Shown here: in pieces, positions 17,459-25,830 of the stretch | Numbering within the stretch: position 1 is the stretch's first letter | How the letters are laid out: each line of letters starts with the position of its first letter | From: Anaerolineales bacterium | GTDB taxonomy: Bacteria > Chloroflexota > Anaerolineae > Anaerolineales > DRKV01 | Direction: 5' to 3' | Assembly: GCA_034434095.1 (NCBI GenBank) | Contig: DAOTZN010000289.1 | Coordinates: forward strand, 1 to 41,186 | DNA: 41,186 nucleotides | The notes under the pieces: model-generated | What the model saw: the letters and a program-made list of their open reading frames with translations, nothing else | Database searches by the model: none | Told to the model about the DNA's origin: nothing | Position numbers and translations under genes: made by a program

Positions 17459-17760
17459 GGGATTTCCGTTAGAGATGAACGCTTTTTACGACGGGAATCA
17501 CCAGTATACATGCGTAAACTATCGGAATCTTTGGGACACCATAAGACTCGATCCGGAACCATCCAGCCATTGGTCAGGTAAACGTTCTGTTGGAATTGGA
17601 TAGCAACCATTTTAGAATCTACTTGTACCACAATCCCTGCAATCCAACCATGAACGCGGTTGCCCTCGGCATCGTCATGATCACATTTGACTTCTACCTT
17701 ATCTCCAACTTGATAGTTGTATTTATCTTGTGGTGGACTGGTGAAATATAATCCTGCCAA
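17455..17760 (-). CDS. hypothetical 101-aa protein inside the suf operon (SH3/Tudor-like core, basic tail)
   Basis: TTG start with AGGAGG 5 nt upstream. Its stop overlaps the sufS start (ATGA-type coupling). I recognise no family. Confidence 0.6.
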   Translation of the reverse strand: MAGLYFTSPPQDKYNYQVGDKVEVKCDHDDAEGNRVHGWIAGIVVQVDSKMVAIQFQQNVYLTNGWMVPDRVLWCPKDSDSLRMYTGDSRRKKRSSLTEIP

Positions 17761-17796
17761 AATTACCTCCTAATACTGGGAAACAATTCTCCAGAA

Positions 17797-17825
17797 ATTA
17801 TTGTGGCTTATTTGTGATGGTTCAA
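17797..17825 (-). promoter_or_regulatory. possible internal suf promoter TTGAAC-17 nt-AATAAT (minus strand) ahead of orf101-sufS-sufU-Rieske
   Basis: Reverse complement of 17820-17825 is TTGAAC, and of 17797-17802 is AATAAT; it lies in the 218-bp sufD/orf101 gap. Confidence 0.3.
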
Positions 17826-17929
17826 CTTTTTACCATAGGTGCGATTCTTTCATCCCCCCCCTACAATGAAAGCGGGTGGAGGAATGTGCTTGTTTGACAA
17901 AAGAACCATCCCGTTTATTCTGCCGCGGA

Positions 17930-17960
17930 ACAGCCGGAGATGTTTCTCCCGGCTGTTTTT
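17930..17960. terminator. strong stem-loop 22 nt downstream of sufD; the T-run lies on the plus-strand side
   Basis: ACAGCCGGAGA / TCTCC(C)GGCTGT forms an 11-bp stem with one bulge and a TGTT loop. TTTTT follows on the plus strand and AAAAA precedes it on the minus strand. Confidence 0.45.
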
Positions 17961-17978
17961 CTTAGCGGTGTGATAGGC

Positions 17979-19313
17979 TTAGATCATTTTATCTTGAATG
18001 ACTTGCTCAAAGCGAGCACGCACACCTTCAAAGGGAATGCGCTCCATAATGGGAGCAAAAAACCCTTCCACTATCAAGCGTTCAGCCTCAGCATGAGGTA
18101 GACCTCGTGAACGCAGGTAGAACATTTCGTCGGGGTCTACTTTGCCGACCGTAGCGCCATGGGTGCAGCGCACATCATCAGCCAGAATCTCCAGGCCGGG
18201 GATGGAATCGGCACGGGCTTTTTCGCTCAACAATAAGTTGCGGTTGGCCTGGTACCCATCGGTCTGTTGTGCACCTGGGGCAACGTAAATCATGCCCTGC
18301 CACACCGAACGGCTGCTATCCGTCAAGGCCCCTTTGAAGAGCAGGTCGCTGGTAGTGTGGGGAGCGAGGTGATTCTGCTGAGTATCGTAATCCAGGTGCT
18401 GATTGTCATCGGTAAAGGCAAAACCCGACATGCGCCCGTGCGCACCATCTTCGACCAGGTCGAGATCGGCAAAGGTTTTGGTCAAACGGCTGCCCATGGC
18501 GCCAAAGACCCAATCCAGGTTGCCATTGCGCATCACGCGAGCGCGCTCATGCGCAAAATGCCAGGTTTGCTTGCCCCAGGATTGCAGTTCTACATAGCGC
18601 AGGTTAGCGTCGGCGCCAACATGCACTTCCACAATGCCGGCGTGCATAATTTCGGCCTCTTCAGGAGAAGCCCATTCGTGCACATAGGTCAAGGAGGCAC
18701 CATCTTCGATGTACACCAGAATGTGGGAGAAGAAGGCCAGATCACGGCCGGCCCCCCAAACCACACTGTGCAAGGGGGCGTTGACTTGTACGTTACGCGG
18801 TACATAAATCAAGGCACCTTGTTGTGCCATGGCCGCGGCAAGGGCGGTGAATTTTCCTTCATCAGGGCGTACGACCTGCCCCAGGATTTTTTGTAGTATC
18901 TCTGGGTACAGACGCTCGGCGGTAGCAATATCGGTGAAGATCACTCCCTGGGTAGCGATATCCGCCGAGAGGGTGGTTTGTACCCCTGCCGCCGTAAAGA
19001 CCATCTGTCCACCGTGCTCAGCATCCACTAAGGGCTGAAGTAAAACCTCGGGCACGGGAGCCAAGGCGGCAGATTCTTCTGCATCGGGTAAGCGAAAACG
19101 AGCCGGATCAAGAGATCGAATATCGGTGCGCCGCCAGGCTTCCTCGCTAGTAGTAGGCAGCGGCCTGGATGTAAAAGCATCCCAGGCTTGTTGACGATAA
19201 GCCTGCGTCACCGCGCGGGCAACCGGCAGCATATCCTGAGTAAAGGCAAAATCGGTGGAAAGTCCGCGACGGCGTCCTGCCCGGCGAACAACTTTGGTAA
19301 CTTTGGTATTCAT
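17979..19313 (-). CDS. sufD: Fe-S cluster assembly protein SufD
   Basis: 444 aa. The C-terminal SufB/D beta-helix region is conserved (QTDGYQANRNLLLS...RADSIPGLEI.ADDVRCTHGATVG). It sits between sufB and sufS. Confidence 0.9.
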   Translation of the reverse strand: MNTKVTKVVRRAGRRRGLSTDFAFTQDMLPVARAVTQAYRQQAWDAFTSRPLPTTSEEAWRRTDIRSLDPARFRLPDAEESAALAPVPEVLLQPLVDAEHGGQMVFTAAGVQTTLSADIATQGVIFTDIATAERLYPEILQKILGQVVRPDEGKFTALAAAMAQQGALIYVPRNVQVNAPLHSVVWGAGRDLAFFSHILVYIEDGASLTYVHEWASPEEAEIMHAGIVEVHVGADANLRYVELQSWGKQTWHFAHERARVMRNGNLDWVFGAMGSRLTKTFADLDLVEDGAHGRMSGFAFTDDNQHLDYDTQQNHLAPHTTSDLLFKGALTDSSRSVWQGMIYVAPGAQQTDGYQANRNLLLSEKARADSIPGLEILADDVRCTHGATVGKVDPDEMFYLRSRGLPHAEAERLIVEGFFAPIMERIPFEGVRARFEQVIQDKMI

Positions 19314-19327
19314 ATCCTCTCCCTGGT

Positions 19328-20737
19328 TTATCCGATGGAGCCTTCCATTTGTAATTGGATGAGGCGGTTCATTTCAATGGCGTATTCCATCGGCAATTCT
19401 TTAACCAATGGCTCGATGAAGCCAGAGACAATCATGCTGGTAGCATCTTCTTCGCTCAACCCGCGGCTCATCAGGTAGAAGAGTTGCTCTTCTCCGACTT
19501 TGGAAACCGAGGCCTCATGACCAATGGTGACATCGCTTTCATCAATTTCGATGTAGGGGTAGGTATCCGAACGAGATTGTGGGTCGAGCAAGAGCGCATC
19601 GCATACGACATTGGATTTGACACCTTTAGCGCCGTTATAGACCTTCAGCAAGCCACGGTAAGAGGCTCGGCCACCGTCTTTACTGATGGATTTGGAGATG
19701 ATTTTGCTGGTTGTGTTGGGGGCAAAATGCACCATCTTGGAACCAGCGTCCTGAATTTGACCGGCTCCGGCAAAAGCCATCGAGAGCATTTCTCCATGCG
19801 CACCCGGTTCCATGAGGTAGCAGGAGGGGTACTTCATCGTGACCTTTGAGCCCATATTCGCGTCCACCCATTCGTGCGTGGCATCGGCATAGACTTTCGC
19901 GCGCTGGGTGACAAGGTTGTAAACGTTGTGGCTCCAGTTCTGGATAGTGGAATAACGCGAGCGCGCGCCCTTCTTGACGATGATTTCGATCACGCCGGAG
20001 TGGAACGAGTCGGTGGTGTATTGAGGAGCGGTGCAACCCTCCACATAATGCACCTGGGCGCCTTCATCCACGATGATGAGCGTGCGTTCGAACTGGCCGA
20101 CGTTAGCGGTGTTCAAGCGAAAGTATGCCTGCAAAGGCAAATCCACCTTGACGCCTTTCGGCACATAGACGAACGAACCGCCCGACCAGACCGCGCTGTT
20201 CAAGGCGGCGAACTTGTTGTCTTCAATGGGAATGACCGTGCCAAAATACTCGCGGAATAAGTCGGGGTACTGCTTCAGGCCGTCTTCGATGGACAGGAAA
20301 ATAACACCCTGTTTTTCCAGGTGTTCTTGAATGGAGTGGTATACCATTTCAGACTCATATTGCGCGCCAACCCCCGCCAAGAATTTACGCTCGGCCTCAG
20401 GAATGCCCAGTTTATCAAAGGTGCGCTTGATATCGTCTGGGACATCATCCCAGGATTTACCTTGCGCTTCAGTTGGCTTGACGTAGTAGTAGATGTTATC
20501 GAGGTCGAGTTCCTTCAAGGATGGTCCCCAATTGGGCATCGGGCGCTTAAGGAAATGCTCCAACGCCTTTAAACGAAACTCCAGCATCCACTGTGGTTCG
20601 TCTTTCATGCGGGAGATGGTTTCGACAACTTCACGGTTTAAGCCACGCTGTGATTTAAAAACGTAGTTGTCGTCAGGATCATGAAAGCCGTACTTATATT
20701 CACCGATTTCGGCTAAAATTTTTGCGTCTTCACTCAT
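19328..20737 (-). CDS. sufB: Fe-S cluster assembly protein SufB
   Basis: Classic SufB sequence (YKYGF...RYSTIQNWS...[18 protein letters not shown]...[21 protein letters not shown]). ATG 20737 (GGAG upstream) is preferred over the ORF start at 20773. Confidence 0.95.
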   Translation of the reverse strand: MSEDAKILAEIGEYKYGFHDPDDNYVFKSQRGLNREVVETISRMKDEPQWMLEFRLKALEHFLKRPMPNWGPSLKELDLDNIYYYVKPTEAQGKSWDDVPDDIKRTFDKLGIPEAERKFLAGVGAQYESEMVYHSIQEHLEKQGVIFLSIEDGLKQYPDLFREYFGTVIPIEDNKFAALNSAVWSGGSFVYVPKGVKVDLPLQAYFRLNTANVGQFERTLIIVDEGAQVHYVEGCTAPQYTTDSFHSGVIEIIVKKGARSRYSTIQNWSHNVYNLVTQRAKVYADATHEWVDANMGSKVTMKYPSCYLMEPGAHGEMLSMAFAGAGQIQDAGSKMVHFAPNTTSKIISKSISKDGGRASYRGLLKVYNGAKGVKSNVVCDALLLDPQSRSDTYPYIEIDESDVTIGHEASVSKVGEEQLFYLMSRGLSEEDATSMIVSGFIEPLVKELPMEYAIEMNRLIQLQMEGSIG

Positions 20738-20806
20738 AAAAACTCCGGTGTTGATTGTTGGTTGTGTGTGCAATGGGCGCGTGTACGCTTTCGCCTACCC
20801 AAGTTA

Positions 20807-21583
20807 TCAGGCTACTTTTTGTGTCTCGTATTTTTCGCGTACCCAGTCGTATCCTCGTTCTTCGAGGTGGAGTGCCAAATCGGGACCACCACTTTCTACA
20901 ATACGACCATCCATCATGATGTGAACAAAATGCGGCTTGATGTAGTTCAGCAGACGCTGGTAGTGGGTGATAACCAAAACGCCTAAATTCGTATCACTTA
21001 GGGCGTTAACACCTTCGGCGACCACACGCAAGGCGTCAATATCCAGGCCTGAATCGGTCTCATCTAAAATAGCGATTTCCGGTTCCAAAGTCGCCATCTG
21101 TAAAATCTCGGTACGCTTCTTTTCGCCACCCGAAAAGCCATCGTTCAAGTAACGGCCGGCAAAATCATAGTTCATTTTGAGCAAGTCCATCTTCTCTTTA
21201 AGCATCTTGCGAAAGGCCGGGATGGGCATGCCTTTATCCTCAGGGTTTTCTGCTCGGCGACGAGCATTGACAGCGGAGCGCAGGAAATTAGCCACGCTTA
21301 CGCCTGGAATCGCCACCGGATACTGGAATGCCAGAAAAAGCCCCAGGTGGGAGCGTTCGTCCGGTTCCAATGCCAGGATATTTTGGCCCTTGAACCATAC
21401 TTCGCCCTGGGTAACCTCGTACTTTGGGTGTCCCATCAGGGTATAGGCCAGCGTGGATTTACCGGTGCCGTTCGGCCCCATGATGGCGTGTATTTCGCCC
21501 TGGGCAATGCTCAAGTCCAATCCTTTGATGATTTCTTTTCCATCAATGGCGACATGCAAGTTTCGAATTTCGAGTTTAGACAT
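20807..21583 (-). CDS. sufC: Fe-S cluster assembly ATPase SufC
   Basis: Walker [10 protein letters not shown], signature FSGGEKKR, Walker [12 protein letters not shown]; AAGGAG RBS. Confidence 0.95.
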   Translation of the reverse strand: MSKLEIRNLHVAIDGKEIIKGLDLSIAQGEIHAIMGPNGTGKSTLAYTLMGHPKYEVTQGEVWFKGQNILALEPDERSHLGLFLAFQYPVAIPGVSVANFLRSAVNARRRAENPEDKGMPIPAFRKMLKEKMDLLKMNYDFAGRYLNDGFSGGEKKRTEILQMATLEPEIAILDETDSGLDIDALRVVAEGVNALSDTNLGVLVITHYQRLLNYIKPHFVHIMMDGRIVESGGPDLALHLEERGYDWVREKYETQKVA

Positions 21584-21608
21584 AAAAATAAACTCCTTAT
21601 GTGAAGAG

Positions 21609-21625
21609 TTGGTTACTTTTGGTTA
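21609..21625 (-). promoter_or_regulatory. direct repeat TAACCAA-N3-TAACCAA (minus strand) at the predicted sufC TSS/leader
   Basis: TTGGTTA occurs at 21609-21615 and 21619-21625 on the plus strand, with a 10-bp phase, between the -10 box and the RBS of sufC. Confidence 0.35.
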
Positions 21626-21633
21626 GTGGAGTC

Positions 21634-21662
21634 ATTATAGCACAGGGGTAAAGCAGCGTCAA
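21634..21662 (-). promoter_or_regulatory. sufCBD promoter TTGACG-17 nt-TATAAT (minus strand)
   Basis: Reverse complement of 21657-21662 is TTGACG, and of 21634-21639 is TATAAT, with an exact 17-nt spacer. Confidence 0.6.
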
Positions 21663-21694
21663 TATTTTTTATGATAAAAATATAAAATATTGAC
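21658..21694. promoter_or_regulatory. inverted repeat GTCAATATTTT-N15-AAAATATTGAC spanning both divergent -35 boxes (candidate SufR operator)
   Basis: 11-bp perfect arms at 21658-21668 and 21684-21694, each containing one of the two -35 hexamers. Confidence 0.5.
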
Positions 21695-21718
21695 AAAAAT
21701 TATCCGGCAGGGTATACT
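21690..21718 (+). promoter_or_regulatory. sufR promoter TTGACA-17 nt-TATACT
   Basis: -35 at 21690-21695, exact 17-nt spacer, -10 at 21713-21718, 32 nt upstream of ATG 21750. Confidence 0.6.
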
Positions 21719-21749
21719 GCATGAAACTCAAACTTTCACTTCTACGCAT

Positions 21750-22400
21750 ATGTCAAAATCAACTCGCCAACAAATTCTAGAAGCCCTACAGAAACAAGAA
21801 CATTGCACCATTAGCGATCTGGCTGAAATCTCGAAAATTAGCCCGATTTCTGTGCGACACCATATCGCTCGTCTCGAAGCCGATGGTCTGGTGACTTCCG
21901 AAGAAGAGCGCCATGGGGTTGGGCGTCCACGGCGCGTGTACCGGCTGACGACAAAAGGTGTAGAGCAATTTCCCAGTCGCTATGTAGAAATGACCATCCG
22001 TTTGCTAGAACAGATGAAGCAAAATTTGCCGGCACAGGTCGTAGAAAACATGTTTTCGCAAATGGCTATGGACTTGTTGGAAGATCAGGCTGTTGACATT
22101 GACCTGGATGGCTTGAGCGTCGAAGAACGTTTGCAGATTGTGGAACGCATTTTGAGTAGCGAAGGCTTTCAGATTGCCTGGGAGCGTCAGGGCAATGCAT
22201 ATCAAATCCACGAAACCGTCTGCCCCTATCTGCAGGTTGGGCAAAACCACCCTGAAGTATGCACCATCGACCAAACGTTAATCTCAACCTTGTTGCAGGT
22301 GCCGGTTGAGAAAATTCAGTGTCGTTTGCATGGCGATAAACGCTGTACTTACATCATTTCTGGAAAAGACATCCCCTCTTTGGAAGGAAATTCTCTATGA
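21750..22400 (+). CDS. sufR: SufR-like winged-helix regulator with C-terminal Cys cluster
   Basis: The wHTH region ILEALQKQEHCTISDLAEISKISPISVRHHIARLEADGLV is present. The C-terminal Cys pattern is C-x12-C-x19-C-x7-C (VCPYLQVGQNHPEVC...QCRLHGDKRC). The gene is divergent from sufCBD. The ORF-track start at 21690 is the -35 box itself, so ATG 21750 is used. Confidence 0.75.
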   Translation: MSKSTRQQILEALQKQEHCTISDLAEISKISPISVRHHIARLEADGLVTSEEERHGVGRPRRVYRLTTKGVEQFPSRYVEMTIRLLEQMKQNLPAQVVENMFSQMAMDLLEDQAVDIDLDGLSVEERLQIVERILSSEGFQIAWERQGNAYQIHETVCPYLQVGQNHPEVCTIDQTLISTLLQVPVEKIQCRLHGDKRCTYIISGKDIPSLEGNSL

Positions 22401-22744
22401 GTGACCAAAACACATCTCGACAGGCCATCTGGGAGGCCGAAAGCACCCATCCCGAACTGGCCGAAGCCCTCAAACAAGAATTACGCCGTGTAGTTGATCC
22501 CGAAATTGGGATGGATATCATTACCCTGGGGTTGGTGCGTGACGTGCACCTGGAGGACGACCAAGCCCAATTGCGTATGATTCTTACCACGCCTTTTTGT
22601 CCCTATGGGCCGGCCATGCTGGAGGCCACACGCCAGACGGCCGAGAAATTTCTCAACAGACCGACAACCATCGAGATGGGCACAGAAGTATGGGATTTCT
22701 CCTACATGGAAGATGGCGCTGGTGGAGACTGGGGACTTTGGTAA
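22397..22744 (+). CDS. sufT: DUF59/MIP18-family Fe-S assembly protein (SufT-like)
   Basis: Motif LRRVVDPEIGMDIITLGLV and conserved Cys in TTPFCPY; ATGA overlap with the sufR stop. Confidence 0.8.
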   Translation: MSDQNTSRQAIWEAESTHPELAEALKQELRRVVDPEIGMDIITLGLVRDVHLEDDQAQLRMILTTPFCPYGPAMLEATRQTAEKFLNRPTTIEMGTEVWDFSYMEDGAGGDWGLW

Positions 22745-22754
22745 GATACACCAC

Positions 22755-23321
22755 ATGCCTAGCCTAAACGATGACCTCACTTACCTGGAATTCGCCACAG
22801 AAATCCTGGAAGATTACCTGCTCTCCGGGGATATCTTCTGGCCAATCAGTGGTGGACACACCGGCCATCTACCCCGCCTCACGTTAGGGGGTATTTTGCT
22901 GGCCGAAACTCGCAGCAAAGCACGTGCAAAAAGCGGCCCACAACAAACCCAACTGCGACATTTACAAACTGCAATCGAAGCAACACATACGCGCTGGCAT
23001 GTCGCCTGGGAACGCAAGGCCGGGCAAGAATTTGAGGTACGCTTGCGCCAATGGGCTGCCTTCTTCAACGATTACCGTCAGGATGCTGCCAACCAGGCTG
23101 CGTATTATGCTTACGAAGTTCGGCTACGCGTTATGCTCGATTTATTGTTGAATCAGGTTGGGCAAAATATTAGGCCTGCCGCGTTGGAGATGTATCACGG
23201 CCTGGACGCCATGTTGCAAGCCGTCTTTGAACCGGGGGACTTTGTTTGGGATACCGATCTGCAAGATGGTTTTCCCAAAGATAAGTTCTATTATCTGTAT
23301 GGGCAGTTAAAAAAGAAATAA
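22755..23321 (+). CDS. hypothetical protein (188 aa), third gene of the sufR-sufT operon
   Basis: In-frame ATG 22755, 8 nt after the sufT stop. No recognisable motifs. A terminator follows. Confidence 0.6.
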   Translation: MPSLNDDLTYLEFATEILEDYLLSGDIFWPISGGHTGHLPRLTLGGILLAETRSKARAKSGPQQTQLRHLQTAIEATHTRWHVAWERKAGQEFEVRLRQWAAFFNDYRQDAANQAAYYAYEVRLRVMLDLLLNQVGQNIRPAALEMYHGLDAMLQAVFEPGDFVWDTDLQDGFPKDKFYYLYGQLKKK

Positions 23322-23354
23322 GCCCACAAAAACCATTTTTCAAAGTGCATCTCG

Positions 23355-23390
23355 AATCCCCTTCCCATCCAACAGAAGGGGATTTTTTTT
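23355..23390 (+). terminator. rho-independent terminator of the sufR-sufT-hyp operon
   Basis: Stem AATCCCCTT / AAGGGGATT (9 bp) followed by a T8 run, then G7. Confidence 0.85.
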
Positions 23391-23564
23391 GGGGGGGAAT
23401 TACCCTCAGCCGTTTTTACACAATTTTTAGTTTTTTATAACCTTGTTTAGTCTTCGTTTGCAAAAATAATTGTATACTACGTTTACGCGAAAGCGGTTTC
23501 AGGAGAGCAGCGCAACTGAAACCACATTTTACCCTATCGGTCTTTCCGCAATATGGAGGTAACT

Positions 23565-24833
23565 ATGAAACGCTCTTTCAGCATCCTTTTTGCAGCACTT
23601 TTGGCGCTTAGCCTGGTGCTAACAGCCTGCGGTGGACAGCAAACACCTGCCACCCAGGCCCCAAGTAACGGGGGAGAAGCCAACCAGAAGGTAGAGTTGA
23701 CCATTGGCTTTACCGCTTCTCAAACCGGAAAGTACAACGTATCTTCCCAACGGCAAGTTAACGGCCTGAACCTATGGATGGAACAAATCAACGATGCCGG
23801 CGGCATAAAACTCAGCGATGGCACCGTGGTCACCTTCAAAGCCGTTTCCTACGACGACGAGAGCAACAAGGACCGCGTGCAAGAACTGTACACCCGCCTG
23901 GCCACGCAAGACAACGCCGATCTGCTCATCAGCCCCTATTCCTCCGGTCTAACAGCAGCCGCGGCAGTGATTGCCGAACAATATGGCAAGGTGATGCTCA
24001 CCACCGGTGCGGCCAGCGATGCGACCTACAAAGAAGGGTATACACACATATTTCAGATTTATACCCCTGCCAGCCGCTACCTCACCGGAGCGGTGGATCT
24101 ACTTGCTAAAACCGACCCTAACCTCAAAAAAGTGGCCTTCGTTTATGAAAACGATAAGTTCTCCACCAGTGTAGTGGAAGCCGCCAAGGCTTACGCCGAA
24201 CAAAAAGGGTACGATATCGTGCTTTTCGAAGGTTACGATAGTGGCACCACCGATTTCGGTCCGTTCATTAACAAAATCCAGGAGTCGGGCGCCGAAGCCA
24301 TTTTGGGTGGCGGACACTTCCAGGACGGCAGCGCCTTTGCTCGTCAACTATTTGAAAAGAACGTAGACATCAAATTCATCACCTTGTTGGTGGCCCCCCC
24401 TGAACCCGACTTCGCCGACCTGGGTGATGCTGCTGTGGGTGTCATTGGCCCCAGCCAGTGGGAGCCGCTGGCTGCCTTTAAGCCAGACTTTGGCCCTACC
24501 GGCGATGAATTTGTGAGCGCCTACCAGACCGCCTACAACGAAGAGCCCTCCTACCACTCGGCTGGCGGGTATGCGGCCGGCCTGGTGCTAGAAAAAGCCA
24601 TCCGCGATGCCGATTCCACCGATCCGGCAGCCATCAAAACAGCACTGGATAACATGGATTTGACACTATTCTACGGTAATATCAAGTTCGACACTTCGCC
24701 TGAAGCCCATGGCCTGCAAATCGGCCACTCCATGGTCTACATTCAATGGCAGAAAAAGGGCGATACGCTTGGCAAAGAAGTCGTCTGGCCGGAAAGCGGC
24801 GCGACCGCTCCGGTGTTATACCCGCTCCATTGA
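23565..24833 (+). CDS. ABC transporter substrate-binding lipoprotein, LivK/type-I PBP family
   Basis: Lipobox LVLTAC. GGAGG lies 5 nt before ATG 23565. The leucine/branched-chain-type PBP pattern is present (IGFTASQTGKY..., ...LISPYSSG). Confidence 0.9.
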   Translation: MKRSFSILFAALLALSLVLTACGGQQTPATQAPSNGGEANQKVELTIGFTASQTGKYNVSSQRQVNGLNLWMEQINDAGGIKLSDGTVVTFKAVSYDDESNKDRVQELYTRLATQDNADLLISPYSSGLTAAAAVIAEQYGKVMLTTGAASDATYKEGYTHIFQIYTPASRYLTGAVDLLAKTDPNLKKVAFVYENDKFSTSVVEAAKAYAEQKGYDIVLFEGYDSGTTDFGPFINKIQESGAEAILGGGHFQDGSAFARQLFEKNVDIKFITLLVAPPEPDFADLGDAAVGVIGPSQWEPLAAFKPDFGPTGDEFVSAYQTAYNEEPSYHSAGGYAAGLVLEKAIRDADSTDPAAIKTALDNMDLTLFYGNIKFDTSPEAHGLQIGHSMVYIQWQKKGDTLGKEVVWPESGATAPVLYPLH

Positions 24834-24850
24834 TGTATGATTTTCTATCA

Positions 24851-24890
24851 CAACCAGGGACGCCTGTAAGTTAACAGGCGTCCCTGGTTG
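24851..24890 (+). promoter_or_regulatory. perfect 17-bp stem-loop between the binding-protein gene and the permease genes (no T-tail)
   Basis: CAACCAGGGACGCCTGT-AAGTTA-ACAGGCGTCCCTGGTTG; likely an intercistronic stabiliser or partial terminator. Confidence 0.6.
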
Positions 24891-24972
24891 TAAGCCGCGG
24901 TGAGCAGTTTTTTGCACACCAAAGGCATCATCTGAAAATAGGTCATTCCCCTCGAAAACAGGAGAAAAACCG

Positions 24973-25830
24973 ATGGATTTATTGCTGGCATCTTTGGCCG
25001 ATGGTCTCTTATTGGGCTTTATTTATGGCATTGCCGCCATGGGATTGACATTGATTTGGGGCGTGATGAACGTCATCAATCTGTCACACGGCCCAATTAT
25101 TGCCCTGGGCATGTTCACAACATATCTTTTATTTACATCGCTGGGTGTACCACCTTATATCGGGGTACTTCTGGCTGCTGTGATGGGATTGATATTGGGC
25201 GTAATCATTTATCTGATAGCCGTACAACGTGTGATTGACGCGCCACATCTTTCCAGTCTATTGGCAACATTTGCGGTCAATATGATTATTATTGGCATTG
25301 GCACGGCGGTTTTCACCACTTCCCCGCGCAATGTAGATTTTCGGTTGGGTGCTTTCACACTCGGCCCCATCACACTACAATACACCCGCATCATCGCGGC
25401 TTTCATCGCCAGTCTGGTGACCGGCGGATTGTACTATTTTCTGTACCGCACCCGCCTGGGAAAATACATCCGAGCCGTAGCCAACAACCGCTCGGCAGCC
25501 GAACTGGTAGGCATTCCATCCAATCGGGTGTTGGCCATCAGTTTTGGCATCGGCACCATGCTGGCTGCAATTGCAGGCGCGCTAATTGCCACTTTCTTGC
25601 CCTTCACCATCCTATCCGGCGGCACTTATGAGACCAAGAGTTTTGTTATCGGTGTGCTCGGTGGATTAGGCAACCCAGTAGGGGCACTGGTTGGGGGGCT
25701 AATTCTTGGGTTACTGGAGGGCATCATTCCGGCATTTACACAAACCACCTGGGTGCCCGTGATCGAATTCGTACTTTTCGTTATCATTCTGTTGGTACGC
25801 CCTAATGGCTTATTTGGAGCGAAGGAATGA
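24973..25830 (+). CDS. livH: branched-chain amino acid ABC transporter permease (LivH family)
   Basis: 285-aa polytopic protein with an AGGAGA RBS; typical LivH N-terminus (LADGLLLGFIYGIAAMGLTLIWGV). Confidence 0.9.
   Translation: MDLLLASLADGLLLGFIYGIAAMGLTLIWGVMNVINLSHGPIIALGMFTTYLLFTSLGVPPYIGVLLAAVMGLILGVIIYLIAVQRVIDAPHLSSLLATFAVNMIIIGIGTAVFTTSPRNVDFRLGAFTLGPITLQYTRIIAAFIASLVTGGLYYFLYRTRLGKYIRAVANNRSAAELVGIPSNRVLAISFGIGTMLAAIAGALIATFLPFTILSGGTYETKSFVIGVLGGLGNPVGALVGGLILGLLEGIIPAFTQTTWVPVIEFVLFVIILLVRPNGLFGAKE

Noticed and set aside
21690-21749. TTG 21690 as the sufR start (ORF-track start)
   Set aside because: That TTG is the first half of the -35 hexamer TTGACA of the predicted sufR promoter. 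The wHTH domain aligns from ATG 21750.
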